DNA of 62,732 nucleotides, the filler included, from Coriobacteriales bacterium (GTDB taxonomy: Bacteria > Actinomycetota > Coriobacteriia > Coriobacteriales > UBA8131): assembly GCA_031263105.1 (NCBI GenBank). It is 5 parts of 5 records of this genome, joined end to end, with 100 filler letters (N's around TTAATTAATTAA, not from the genome) between each part and the next. Parts side by side here need not be neighbours in the genome. Positions count along the whole stretch, not along the records: positions 26,635 to 53,917 come from JAISGJ010000211.1; 4 more parts are not named here. One strand, written 5' to 3'. The notes below the pieces were generated by a model that did no database searches, was not told the DNA's origin, and was given only the letters and a program-made list of their open reading frames with translations. Positions within the stretch are counted from its first letter, which is position 1. Every line of letters begins with the position of its first letter. A program made the translations under genes and the position numbers. Below are positions 37,753 to 46,785 of the stretch, in pieces.

Positions 37753-39036
37753 ATGGACGCTTCTGTGAATAAGAGCATGAGGTTCAAGGCGAACAAGGCC
37801 TACTTCGGCAGTCTGATCATGGCCGCTTTCTGCCTGGGGTCCTATATCACGTTCTCCAACTACTGGAATCCTCTGGCTGCCAAGCTGGGCGTTTCCCTCG
37901 GACAGATTTCCATAATCATCAGCATAGCCAGTCTGACCAGTGTCATCACCGCCCTGGTCTTGGGGGCGCTGCTCAAGAGAATCAAGATCCGGCTGCTTGT
38001 CAGCATCGCTGCTGTGATCATCATCGCCTTCTTCGTTGCGATATCCCTTGCCACCGACATCATCGCGCTGTATATCATGGCCATACCCTTTGGATTTGCG
38101 ACGGTGGCAGCGGGTTTCCCAGGTGCTCAGGTGATAATGGCCTGGTGGTTCAAAAAGGGCCTTGGCAAGCGGATGAGTTTTCTGGCTATCGGACTGGCGC
38201 TCGTGATCATGACCCTGAGCCCCACGCTGGCAGCATCCATCGAGGCCTACTCTGTGAGTCAGGTGGCGCTGGTGCACGGGCTGGTGGCAGGTGGCGTGAT
38301 TCTGCTCTGCGCGATATTCCTGCTTGCCGAGAAGCCGAGTGAGTACGGTTATGAGGTGCCTGACGAGAAGCCCAAGCAGGTAAGCGAGGCCGAGGCAGGG
38401 CAGATCGAGCATACGGCGGACAAGACCCTCACCGTCAAGGAGATCCTGCGCACCAAGCCGTTCTGGATGATCCTGATCGGCATCTTCGTGGCCTGTATCG
38501 CCACCACGGGGCTGGGCAACAACTCAGCCCCGTTCTTCGAGTCGCTGAACCTCAGCCCCGTCGAGGCAGGAATCTGCGTTGGCGCCTTGGGCATCGCCAC
38601 CTTGGTCTGGGGACCGGTCTTCGGTGTCCTTCTTGATAAGTTCGGGGTGTCCAAGGCCACGACGATGCAGGGAGGCCTGCTCACCGTCGTCTTCTTCGCG
38701 GCCGCCTTTGTGGCAGGGCTCGGCTTCATCCCCGCCCTGATCATTGCCGTCATGCTGGACGCATCGGCTTTCACCGGGAACCTCGGAGCCGTGGCCTATA
38801 CAAAGATCTACGGGCAAAAGGAATCCGCTTCGCTCATCGGCTTTGCCTCGACGGCCTCTGCTTCTGCGGCGATGGTGGGCACCCCTCTGGCAGCGTTCAT
38901 ATTCACCGCCACCAACTCCTACATGATGTTCATGTTCTTCTCCGGAATCCTGGTGGCGGTCTGCGTGGTGCTGGTGATACTCGCTACCCGCATCAGGATA
39001 GTCAAGCCCGAGTCAACACCTGGACAGGAGGGATAG
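37753..39036 (+). CDS. MFS transporter
   Basis: 12 hydrophobic segments, WFKKGLG, LLDKFG; GGGAGG RBS. Confidence 0.9.
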   Translation: MDASVNKSMRFKANKAYFGSLIMAAFCLGSYITFSNYWNPLAAKLGVSLGQISIIISIASLTSVITALVLGALLKRIKIRLLVSIAAVIIIAFFVAISLATDIIALYIMAIPFGFATVAAGFPGAQVIMAWWFKKGLGKRMSFLAIGLALVIMTLSPTLAASIEAYSVSQVALVHGLVAGGVILLCAIFLLAEKPSEYGYEVPDEKPKQVSEAEAGQIEHTADKTLTVKEILRTKPFWMILIGIFVACIATTGLGNNSAPFFESLNLSPVEAGICVGALGIATLVWGPVFGVLLDKFGVSKATTMQGGLLTVVFFAAAFVAGLGFIPALIIAVMLDASAFTGNLGAVAYTKIYGQKESASLIGFASTASASAAMVGTPLAAFIFTATNSYMMFMFFSGILVAVCVVLVILATRIRIVKPESTPGQEG

Positions 39037-39037
39037 G

Positions 39038-39904
39038 ATGTATTCGTTTCACGAGGGTTACCAACGGGCGCTCGGCATCGACGAGACCGGCGTTCCCGGA
39101 ATGTCGAGGGGCACGAACAACGACCCGTCCATGAGCGAGATCCTGAATCTGACCGGCAAGGTCGCCATCGTCACAGGCGGGGCAATGGGCCTGGGGTTCT
39201 GCGTCGTTAACCGCCTGTGCGAGGCAGGGGCCCGTGTGGTTATCGCCGATGTGGCCGACGAGTATGCCGAGAGGGCCTTGGGCTACTTCGGCGACAAGGG
39301 CTATGTCGTTAGGTTCGTAAAGGCAGACGTGACCGACGTCGCCCAGGTCAAGGCCGCCGTGGACTTCACGGTCAAGGAGTTCGGTGCGGTCGACATCCTC
39401 GTCACCGATGCCGGGGTCTGGGCCCATGCGCTGCTCTCGGAGATCACCGAGGAGACCTTCTATGAGATGATCGACATCAACCTGAAGGGCACCCTGTTCT
39501 TCATCCAGGCTGTGGCAGACGCGATGGAGAGGCAGGAGACAGGCGGCCGCATCGTCACCGTCGCCTCGGTCGCAGGCCTTTCCGCCGATCAGGCTCCCAT
39601 CATGTTCGAGTATGTCGCGTCCAAATCGGCGGTCGTCGCCCTGACGAAGTCTCTGGCAAAGGGCCTCAAGCACAAGGGCATTCGCATCAACTGCGTCCTG
39701 CCCGGCGGCATGCTGACGCCCGGTGCGATGACCACGCATGGCACAGAGGCCGCCAAGGAGCTCCGCGAGTCCACTAGGTCGCCCCTTGCCGACCCCGACG
39801 ATGTCGCCCGTGTGATATTCATGCTGTCCACGCCTATCAGCGACTTCATGTACGGCGCGACCCTTTCCGTCGACGGCGGGGCCTTCCTGGGCATCGAGGA
39901 GTGA
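39038..39904 (+). CDS. Short-chain dehydrogenase/reductase with N-terminal extension
   Basis: TGGAMGLG, ADVTD, YVASK, IRINCVLPG, VDGG. Confidence 0.93.
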   Translation: MYSFHEGYQRALGIDETGVPGMSRGTNNDPSMSEILNLTGKVAIVTGGAMGLGFCVVNRLCEAGARVVIADVADEYAERALGYFGDKGYVVRFVKADVTDVAQVKAAVDFTVKEFGAVDILVTDAGVWAHALLSEITEETFYEMIDINLKGTLFFIQAVADAMERQETGGRIVTVASVAGLSADQAPIMFEYVASKSAVVALTKSLAKGLKHKGIRINCVLPGGMLTPGAMTTHGTEAAKELRESTRSPLADPDDVARVIFMLSTPISDFMYGATLSVDGGAFLGIEE

Positions 39905-39946
39905 CGGATGTTCGTTGGCGGCAATTGGTTTTGAAAGGAAGAGGAC

Positions 39947-41620
39947 ATGGCCCACCCATCGGACATCGAGATAGCGCAGTCGGCTGCCCCCCGGCCCATC
40001 GCGGAGGTCGCCGGGGAGCTGGGGATAGGGCCGGGGCACCTTGAGCCCTACGGCCGCTACAAGGCCAAGGTCGGGCTCGGCGTCCTGGACGACGGCCCCG
40101 CTCCTGACGGGAAGCTCATCCTGGTCACCGCCATGACCCCCACGCCCGCCGGCGAGGGCAAGACCACCACGACCGTCGGGTTCGCGGACGCGCTCTCGCG
40201 CCTCGGCAGGCGCCCCGTCGTCGCCCTGCGCGAGCCCTCGCTCGGCCCCGTGTTCGGCGTCAAGGGGGGCGCGGCGGGCGGCGGCTACGCCCAGGTGGTC
40301 CCCATGGAGGACATCAACCTTCACTTCACGGGCGACCTCCACGCCGTAGGCGCGGCCAACAACCTCCTGGCGGCCATGCTCGACAACCACATCCACCAGG
40401 GCAACGCGCTGGGCGTCGACGCCCGCAGCATAACCTGGCGGCGCTGCGTGGACATGAACGACCGGCAGCTGCGGAGCGTCGTGGACGGTCTCGGCGGGTG
40501 CGCGAACGGCACGCCGCGCGAGGACGGTTTCGATATCACGGTGGCGTCGGAGGTCATGGCGGTGCTCTGCCTGGCGGGGTCGCCCGCCGACCTCAGGGAG
40601 CGGCTGGCGCGCGTCGTCGTGGCCTACGACCGCGCGGGTGCGCCCGTCACCGCGGGCGACCTCAAGGCGGCGGGCGCGATGGCGGCGCTGCTGAAGGACG
40701 CCCTGAGCCCCAACCTCGTGCAGACGCTGGAAGGGACCCCCGCCCTCGTCCACGGCGGCCCGTTCGCCAACATCGCCCACGGCTGCAACTCCGTCACGGC
40801 CACGCGCATGGCGCTGTCCCTGGGCGACTACGCGGTGACCGAGGCGGGCTTCGGGGCCGACCTCGGCGCGGAGAAGTTCCTGGACATCAAGTGCCGCATG
40901 GCGGGGCTTGTGCCCGACGCGGTCGTCGTGGTCGCCACCGTGCGGGCGCTCAAGCACCACGGCGGCGTGCGCAGGGAGGACTTGGGGGCCGAGGATCTCG
41001 ACGCGCTGAAAAAGGGCCTGCCCAACCTGCTGCGGCACGTGGAGAACATCACCGAGGTCTACGGGCTGCCCTGCGCGGTCGCCGTCAATCAGTTCCCCAC
41101 CGACACGCCCGCCGAGCTGAGGCTTGTGGAGGACAGGTGCCGTGAGCTGGACGTCAGCGTCGCCCGGTCCGAGGTCTGGGCAAAGGGCGGCGAGGGCGGC
41201 CTGGCGCTCGCGGAGGAGGTGGTGCGCCTCGCGGGTCAGCAAAGCGACTTTACGTTCAGCTATCCGGACTGGCTTTCGATAGAAGAGAAGCTGCATACGA
41301 TCGCAACAAGGATATACCGCGCAGACGGCATCGACCTGACGCCGCAGGCGAAGGAGCAGGCAAAGACGCTGGAAGAGCTGGGCTTCGGCGGCCTGCCGGT
41401 CTGCGTCGCCAAGACCCAGTACTCCTTCTCCGACGACCCCGCCCTGCTCGGCGCCCCCACAGGCTTCCGCGTCACCGTGCGCAACCTGAAGGTATCGGCG
41501 GGCGCGGGCTTCATCGTGGCCTTGACCGGCGACGTCATGACGATGCCGGGGCTCCCGAAGGCCCCCGCCGCCGAGAGGATCGACGTGGACGCCTCCGGCA
41601 GGATAAACGGGCTGTTCTGA
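39947..41620 (+). CDS. fhs: Formate--tetrahydrofolate ligase
   Basis: [49 protein letters not shown]. Confidence 0.98.
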   Translation: MAHPSDIEIAQSAAPRPIAEVAGELGIGPGHLEPYGRYKAKVGLGVLDDGPAPDGKLILVTAMTPTPAGEGKTTTTVGFADALSRLGRRPVVALREPSLGPVFGVKGGAAGGGYAQVVPMEDINLHFTGDLHAVGAANNLLAAMLDNHIHQGNALGVDARSITWRRCVDMNDRQLRSVVDGLGGCANGTPREDGFDITVASEVMAVLCLAGSPADLRERLARVVVAYDRAGAPVTAGDLKAAGAMAALLKDALSPNLVQTLEGTPALVHGGPFANIAHGCNSVTATRMALSLGDYAVTEAGFGADLGAEKFLDIKCRMAGLVPDAVVVVATVRALKHHGGVRREDLGAEDLDALKKGLPNLLRHVENITEVYGLPCAVAVNQFPTDTPAELRLVEDRCRELDVSVARSEVWAKGGEGGLALAEEVVRLAGQQSDFTFSYPDWLSIEEKLHTIATRIYRADGIDLTPQAKEQAKTLEELGFGGLPVCVAKTQYSFSDDPALLGAPTGFRVTVRNLKVSAGAGFIVALTGDVMTMPGLPKAPAAERIDVDASGRINGLF

Positions 41621-41695
41621 TGGGCGCGGCGCCTACAGAACGCCCTTGTGAAGAGCGACATCGGGTTTTCTTGAACGTTGTGAGGAGGTCTTCAC

Positions 41696-42544
41696 ATGGC
41701 GCGGACACTCAAGGGCACCGAGGTCGCCGAAGCACTGAACAGTGAGACGATCAAGGAGGTCGAGGCACTGAAGGCAGGAGGCGTCGAGCCGACGCTCGCC
41801 ATCCTGCGTGTCGGCGAGCGCGCAGACGACGTCTCCTACGAGAGGGGTGTGGCGAGACGGGCCGAGAAGGTCGGCGTAGCTGTCAGGAACATCGTGCTTC
41901 CTGCCGATGCCGGACAAGACGCATTGACCAAGGCCATCGAAGCCCTCAACGCCGACAGCTCCGTGCACGGCGTCCTCATGTTTCGGCCGCTGCCGCCGTC
42001 CCTCGACGAGGGTGTCGCCCGCAACGCGCTCGACCCAGCCAAGGACGTGGACGGCATCACCGATGCGTCGCTTGCCGGCGTCTTTGCCGGTGCGAATACC
42101 GGATATGCCCCCTGCACACCGAGCGCCTGCATGGAGCTGCTTGACCACTACGGCATCGACCCTGCGGGCAGGAGCGTCGTCGTCGTGGGGCGCAGCCTCG
42201 TGGTCGGCAAGCCGGTGGCCATGATGCTGCTCGGTCGCAACGCCACAGTCACTGTCTGCCACTCCCGGACGAAGGAGCTTTTCTCAGTCGTGCGAGAAGC
42301 CGACATCGTTATCGCCTGTGTGGGATGCGCTCATCTGCTTGGTACAGATCACCTTGCCCCCGGCCAGATCGTCATCGATGTGGGGATCAACGTCGCAGAC
42401 GATGGGACGCTTGTCGGCGACGTTGACTTTGAGGCCGCACGAGGCGTCGTTGATGCCCTTACCCCCGTACCTGGCGGTGTAGGCACGGTGACGACCAGTG
42501 TGCTTGTCAAGCATGTCGTCGAGGCGGCCATGCGGCAGACGTAA
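41696..42544 (+). CDS. folD: Methylene-THF dehydrogenase (FolD family)
   Basis: KDVDG, PCT, GRSLVVGKP, DVGIN, GDVDF, PVPGGVG. Confidence 0.95.
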   Translation: MARTLKGTEVAEALNSETIKEVEALKAGGVEPTLAILRVGERADDVSYERGVARRAEKVGVAVRNIVLPADAGQDALTKAIEALNADSSVHGVLMFRPLPPSLDEGVARNALDPAKDVDGITDASLAGVFAGANTGYAPCTPSACMELLDHYGIDPAGRSVVVVGRSLVVGKPVAMMLLGRNATVTVCHSRTKELFSVVREADIVIACVGCAHLLGTDHLAPGQIVIDVGINVADDGTLVGDVDFEAARGVVDALTPVPGGVGTVTTSVLVKHVVEAAMRQT

Positions 42545-42583
42545 GTAAAGCGGTCGGTCCAGGATGACGCAGGACGTGAGCGA

Positions 42584-42950
42584 GAACGTGTACAATAGGC
42601 CCATCAGCCGATTTTGAGGAGATGCTTAAGATTCGCAGTCCCACTATCGCTCGTAAGGCGGTGCAGTGCCTATGGAGCCCCCCGATTTCAAGGTAACCGA
42701 AGAAATCGAAGGGCTTGCGTACAATTGAATCGGCGGCGCGAACATAAAATGGAACTTCACGAAATTCCTCATAGACCGCAAAGGCGAGGTCGTCGCCCGC
42801 TACGCGCCGACCAAGACGCCCGCCGCGCTCGCAGGCGGCATTGCGAGGCTGCTGGAGGACGAGGGCTGATGCCAGAAGGCGCAGGCCCTGCTAATCCCTC
42901 CGAAGATGGCGCGGTTCAAGCCGCCGCCGCGTCAGGCCATCCTCGCAGCG
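42584..42950 (+). pseudogene. Internally deleted duplicate of the fic-gpx region (fic promoter/5' end fused to gpx 3' end)
   Basis: 42584-42719 matches 44834-44969; 42715-42729 matches 46076-46090; 42729-42950 matches 46475-46696. Confidence 0.9.
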
Positions 42951-43462
42951 ATTTTTGCCACCGTTCGGATGTTGCGGCTCGTGAACTTGTCCCTCATGCT
43001 CTTGCGGCCGAGGACTCCCGAGAACCCCGAATCTAACGTAGCGCCTTTGCGGCACTGCCAGTAGAAGACGCCGTTGCTGACTTTGGCGGCCTCGCCTTCC
43101 GACGGCGTGACCTTGTCGAACTCGTCCCGCAAGGTGGCCTCGAAGCCCGGTTCGCAGATAAGGGCATAGGTGTGAAGCTCTGCATTCTCCTCGAATGGCG
43201 CGGAAGCAAGCATCGACACGACCTCCTCGGCGCTCTTCACAAACAGGCTCACGGTGTCGCCGAAGCGCTCCGAGAGCGCCTGTTCCAGAGAGCCCCGAAG
43301 CTCGCCCTGCGGCATGTCGGACTCGAATACCAGGTTACCGGTCGCCAGCACCGGCACCGCTCCTGTCAGCCCTGCCGCCTGCAACGCATCGCAGGCCTCG
43401 GCCATCCTCATCGTCTTGCCGCCGATGTTCACGCCTCGCAAGAACGCGCAGTAGGTTGCCAT
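42932..43462 (-). CDS. DUF1697-family protein
   Basis: AFLRGVNIGG, LATGNLVF, TSRNIRTV. Confidence 0.88.
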   Translation of the reverse strand: MATYCAFLRGVNIGGKTMRMAEACDALQAAGLTGAVPVLATGNLVFESDMPQGELRGSLEQALSERFGDTVSLFVKSAEEVVSMLASAPFEENAELHTYALICEPGFEATLRDEFDKVTPSEGEAAKVSNGVFYWQCRKGATLDSGFSGVLGRKSMRDKFTSRNIRTVAKIAARMA

Positions 43463-43572
43463 GACCGCTCCTTGGTCCCTCGCTCACATCCGTAGGCGCG
43501 AAAAGGCGCCACCGACAAGTATAGCTGTTGAGGGGCACCACCCCAGGGAGGCGATGATTAATCATCGCCTCC

Positions 43573-44682
43573 CTAGATGCTTCCTTTGAGATGTTCGCCC
43601 AAATAGGGGATGGCAAACTCCAGCTCGCCGCGCCCCGGAGATGCGATGGCCCCTGCCTCGATAAGGCGACTTTTGTAGGTTTGGACATGCGAGGCGGAAG
43701 CCTTCAGTCTCGACCTGATGTCCGAGACTCGGGAAGCTCCCTCGTCTTTTGCCATGGCTGCGAGGAACCGCCTGTCCTCTTTCGACAAGAGCCTCAAGAC
43801 CGGAGCGTAGAGGTTGTCCACTAGGGCACGCTTCGAGTTAAGGATTGCCAAATCGACCAGGGTGGACGAAGCCATCCTATCCTCGCCAACCGAATCGACG
43901 ATGTTGTAGCCTATCAACTGCAGCAGATACGGATAGCCCTGCGTGGCTGCTGCTGCGGCGTCGATTGACGTGGCATCGATATCGATATGCAGATCCTGGA
44001 AGGCAACGAGGTAATATGCACTGACCTCGGCCAGCGGCAGTTCGCCCAACTGTTCCTTTTCCGCTCGGTTGAGGAACGTGAGCACCCTGTCGTTGAGAAC
44101 CGACGAAATTGCATCGGGCAATCCCGCCATAGCGACCGCGACATCCATCCCGTCGCCCACCAGTTCCTGGTAGGCTGTCGCAAACTCCTGCACCTCGTCG
44201 GAGGTGGAACGCACCTCGTCGACGAGGAACAGGATGCCCATGCCCCGCCTGTTAATCTCTTCGCAAAGCAACGCCAGCTTGGTCTGGAAGCCATAGTTGT
44301 TCTGAATTTCGTCAGAAAAGGTGAGCCCGAACGAGAAACCGAGTGCCCCGGCGCTGATGCCCTTTATCGGCTTCTTCCTGTCCAGCAGGTGGGCGCCTTG
44401 CAGCTGTGTCTTTTCGATAAGGTTGTCGAGCATCTTCTTGTTGGCAGTCACCCGTACTGGCATGAAGCCTCTGGCCTGCGCTCGGTCCGCCAGCTCAAGT
44501 AACAGCGCGGTCTTGCCCATACCGCGCTGCCCGACGAACAGGGTGGCACGATGCGGATGGCCAGGGTTCCCCGCGAGGCCTTCGATGAACCTCTCGATTA
44601 CCTGTTGCCGCCCGACGAACTGCTGGGGCTTGTTCCCAAACGTCGGGGAGAACACATTTGTGATTGCCACAGTGACCTCCAT
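43573..44682 (-). CDS. AAA ATPase with C-terminal wHTH
   Basis: NVFSPTFG, GQRGMGKT, LVDEV, TFLNRA, GYPYLLQL, RLIEAGAI. Confidence 0.88.
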   Translation of the reverse strand: MEVTVAITNVFSPTFGNKPQQFVGRQQVIERFIEGLAGNPGHPHRATLFVGQRGMGKTALLLELADRAQARGFMPVRVTANKKMLDNLIEKTQLQGAHLLDRKKPIKGISAGALGFSFGLTFSDEIQNNYGFQTKLALLCEEINRRGMGILFLVDEVRSTSDEVQEFATAYQELVGDGMDVAVAMAGLPDAISSVLNDRVLTFLNRAEKEQLGELPLAEVSAYYLVAFQDLHIDIDATSIDAAAAATQGYPYLLQLIGYNIVDSVGEDRMASSTLVDLAILNSKRALVDNLYAPVLRLLSKEDRRFLAAMAKDEGASRVSDIRSRLKASASHVQTYKSRLIEAGAIASPGRGELEFAIPYLGEHLKGSI

Positions 44683-44921
44683 CTCAACAAAAGACCTCGT
44701 AATAGCGCCTGTTTATTATTTCTTGTCAAATTTTATCATTCTTTATCATTTCTGGTCAAAGCGCGGCAATGTCCGTTGCCTCGAACGCCCGCCTCTCTGG
44801 TAAGGGGATGCGCTCAGGCGTCCGTGCAGGCGGGAACGTGTACAATAGGCCTATCAGCCGATTTTGAGGAGATGTTTAAGATTCGCAACCCCACTATCGT
44901 TCGTAAGGTGGTGCAGTGCCT

Positions 44922-46052
44922 ATGGAACTCCCCGATTTCAAGGTAACCGAAGAAATCGAAGGGCTTGCGCTTGAGATCGTCGAGATCTTGGAAGTGATGG
45001 AGAGGGTCGGCGACATCGACACCTTGTTCAAGTTGAGAAGGGCCGGTCGCATAAGCTCCATCCAGTCTTCGGTGGCGATAGAGGCCAATTCTTTGACCCT
45101 TGAGCAGGTCACCGACATCGTCAACGGCAGGAAGGTCATCGGGGATCCGAAGGAGATACAAGAGGTAAAGAACGCCTGGGAGGCCTACGAGGGCATCGGC
45201 GAGTATGATCCCTACTCACGGGACAGTTTTCTTGAGGCCCATAAGAGGATGTCGAGCAAGCTGGTACGGGAAGCCGGAAGGTTCAGGAGCGTGCAGGTCG
45301 GCGTCTACAAGGGCTTTGAGCTGATACACGACGGTGCCAGGCCGGAAGAGATCGAGCGGCTCATGGACATCGTTTTTGAGTGGGGCCTGAAGTCGAACGC
45401 CCACCCCCTCATCAAGAGCTGTGTCATGCATTTCCTCATCGAGTTCGTGCATCCTTTCGAGGACGGCAACGGACGGATGGGCAGGCTCTGGCAGACCGTC
45501 ATACTCGCTGACTGGAAGCCGATCCTCCAGTGGGTGCCCGTAGAGACGATGGTCTATCAGAACCAATATGGATACTATCAGGCCCTGCATACGTCGGAGG
45601 AGGCAGGCGACGCAGGGCCCTTCGTGGTGTTCATGCTCGATATCATCGCGTACACCCTTGGCGTGATCGTGAGGAGCAAGGCGCTGCCGCAGCGCAGGGT
45701 CGGCGAGACGGTGTCCATTCCCTATCTCCCGGACTTCTCGGGATTTCCCGACAACCGCAAGGGGCATATCGACGAAACGGGCAGCATTCCCGATAGGGCG
45801 GGCGCTCTTACCGATAAAATTCCCGATATATTTACCGATAAGCTGACCAAGGGAGAAAAGGAGTTCCTGTCTGCCATCTATCTGTACCTCTGCGAGCATG
45901 GGGAGATCAACAACTATCGGGCGCAGACGCTGACAGGCAAGTCGGCCGACAGCGCGAAGAAGTATCTTGCGAAGCTGGTGAGCGCAGGCCTTCTCCAGGC
46001 CGTCGGCAACAACAAGGCGAGGGTATACCGCTTCGCAGACTTCACGACGTAA
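44922..46052 (+). CDS. Fic-domain protein with C-terminal wHTH
   Basis: SSVAIEAN, intact HPFEDGNGRMGR motif, tetrapeptide-repeat linker, GNNKARVY. Confidence 0.93.
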   Translation: MELPDFKVTEEIEGLALEIVEILEVMERVGDIDTLFKLRRAGRISSIQSSVAIEANSLTLEQVTDIVNGRKVIGDPKEIQEVKNAWEAYEGIGEYDPYSRDSFLEAHKRMSSKLVREAGRFRSVQVGVYKGFELIHDGARPEEIERLMDIVFEWGLKSNAHPLIKSCVMHFLIEFVHPFEDGNGRMGRLWQTVILADWKPILQWVPVETMVYQNQYGYYQALHTSEEAGDAGPFVVFMLDIIAYTLGVIVRSKALPQRRVGETVSIPYLPDFSGFPDNRKGHIDETGSIPDRAGALTDKIPDIFTDKLTKGEKEFLSAIYLYLCEHGEINNYRAQTLTGKSADSAKKYLAKLVSAGLLQAVGNNKARVYRFADFTT

Positions 46053-46129
46053 TGCCCCTGCGCACGACAGCTTGATTGCGTACAATTGAAGCGTTGTAGG
46101 TCCATATGCCGGATTAAGGGAGGCGCCTT

Positions 46130-46615
46130 GTGAACATCTATGACATTGCCGTCAAAGACGCAAAGGGCAGCGACGTGAGCCTGTCCGAATATCGAGGGAA
46201 AGTCCTGCTCGTCGTCAACACTGCGACACAGTGCGGTTTTACGCCGCAATATGCCGACCTGCAAAAACTGTACGAGACGTACAGGGGCCAAGGGTTTGAG
46301 ATCCTCGACTTCCCCTGCAACCAGTTCGGAAGCCAGGCCCCCGGCACGAACGAGGAGATAGGCGGCTTCTGCGCGGGGCGCTTCGGCATCACGTTTCGCC
46401 AGTTCGCCAAGACAGAGGTCAACGGTGAGGACGAAAGCCCCCTCTACACGTGGCTGAAGGGGCGGAAGGGCGGCATCGGCGGCGCGAACATAAAATGGAA
46501 CTTCACGAAATTCCTCATAGACCGCAAAGGCGAGGTCGTCGCCCGCTACGCGCCGACCAAGACGCCCGCCGCGCTTGCAAGCAGCATTGCGAGGCTGTTG
46601 GAGGACGAGGGCTGA
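46130..46615 (+). CDS. Cys-type glutathione peroxidase family protein
   Basis: VNTATQCGFTPQY, FPCNQFG, WNFTKFL; AGGGAGG RBS, GTG start. Confidence 0.95.
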   Translation: MNIYDIAVKDAKGSDVSLSEYRGKVLLVVNTATQCGFTPQYADLQKLYETYRGQGFEILDFPCNQFGSQAPGTNEEIGGFCAGRFGITFRQFAKTEVNGEDESPLYTWLKGRKGGIGGANIKWNFTKFLIDRKGEVVARYAPTKTPAALASSIARLLEDEG

Positions 46616-46697
46616 GACCAGAAGGCGCAGGTCCCGCAGATCCCTCCGAGAATGGTGCGGTTCAAGCTGCCGCCACGTCAGGCCGTCTTCGCAGCGG

Positions 46698-46747
46698 TCT
46701 TACCGATAAAATTCCCGATATATTGACCGATAAGCCGACCAAGGGAG
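46698..46747 (+). repeat. Orphan copy of the 12-bp-period tract from the fic linker
   Basis: Near-identical to 45806-45855. Confidence 0.85.
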
Positions 46748-46785
46748 CTCTCCCTCTGCCGGCGGTTGTCAGACCGAATGTGTGC

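Noticed and set aside
46130..46615. Selenocysteine Gpx
   Set aside because: The active-site codon is TGC (Cys) and there is no in-frame TGA
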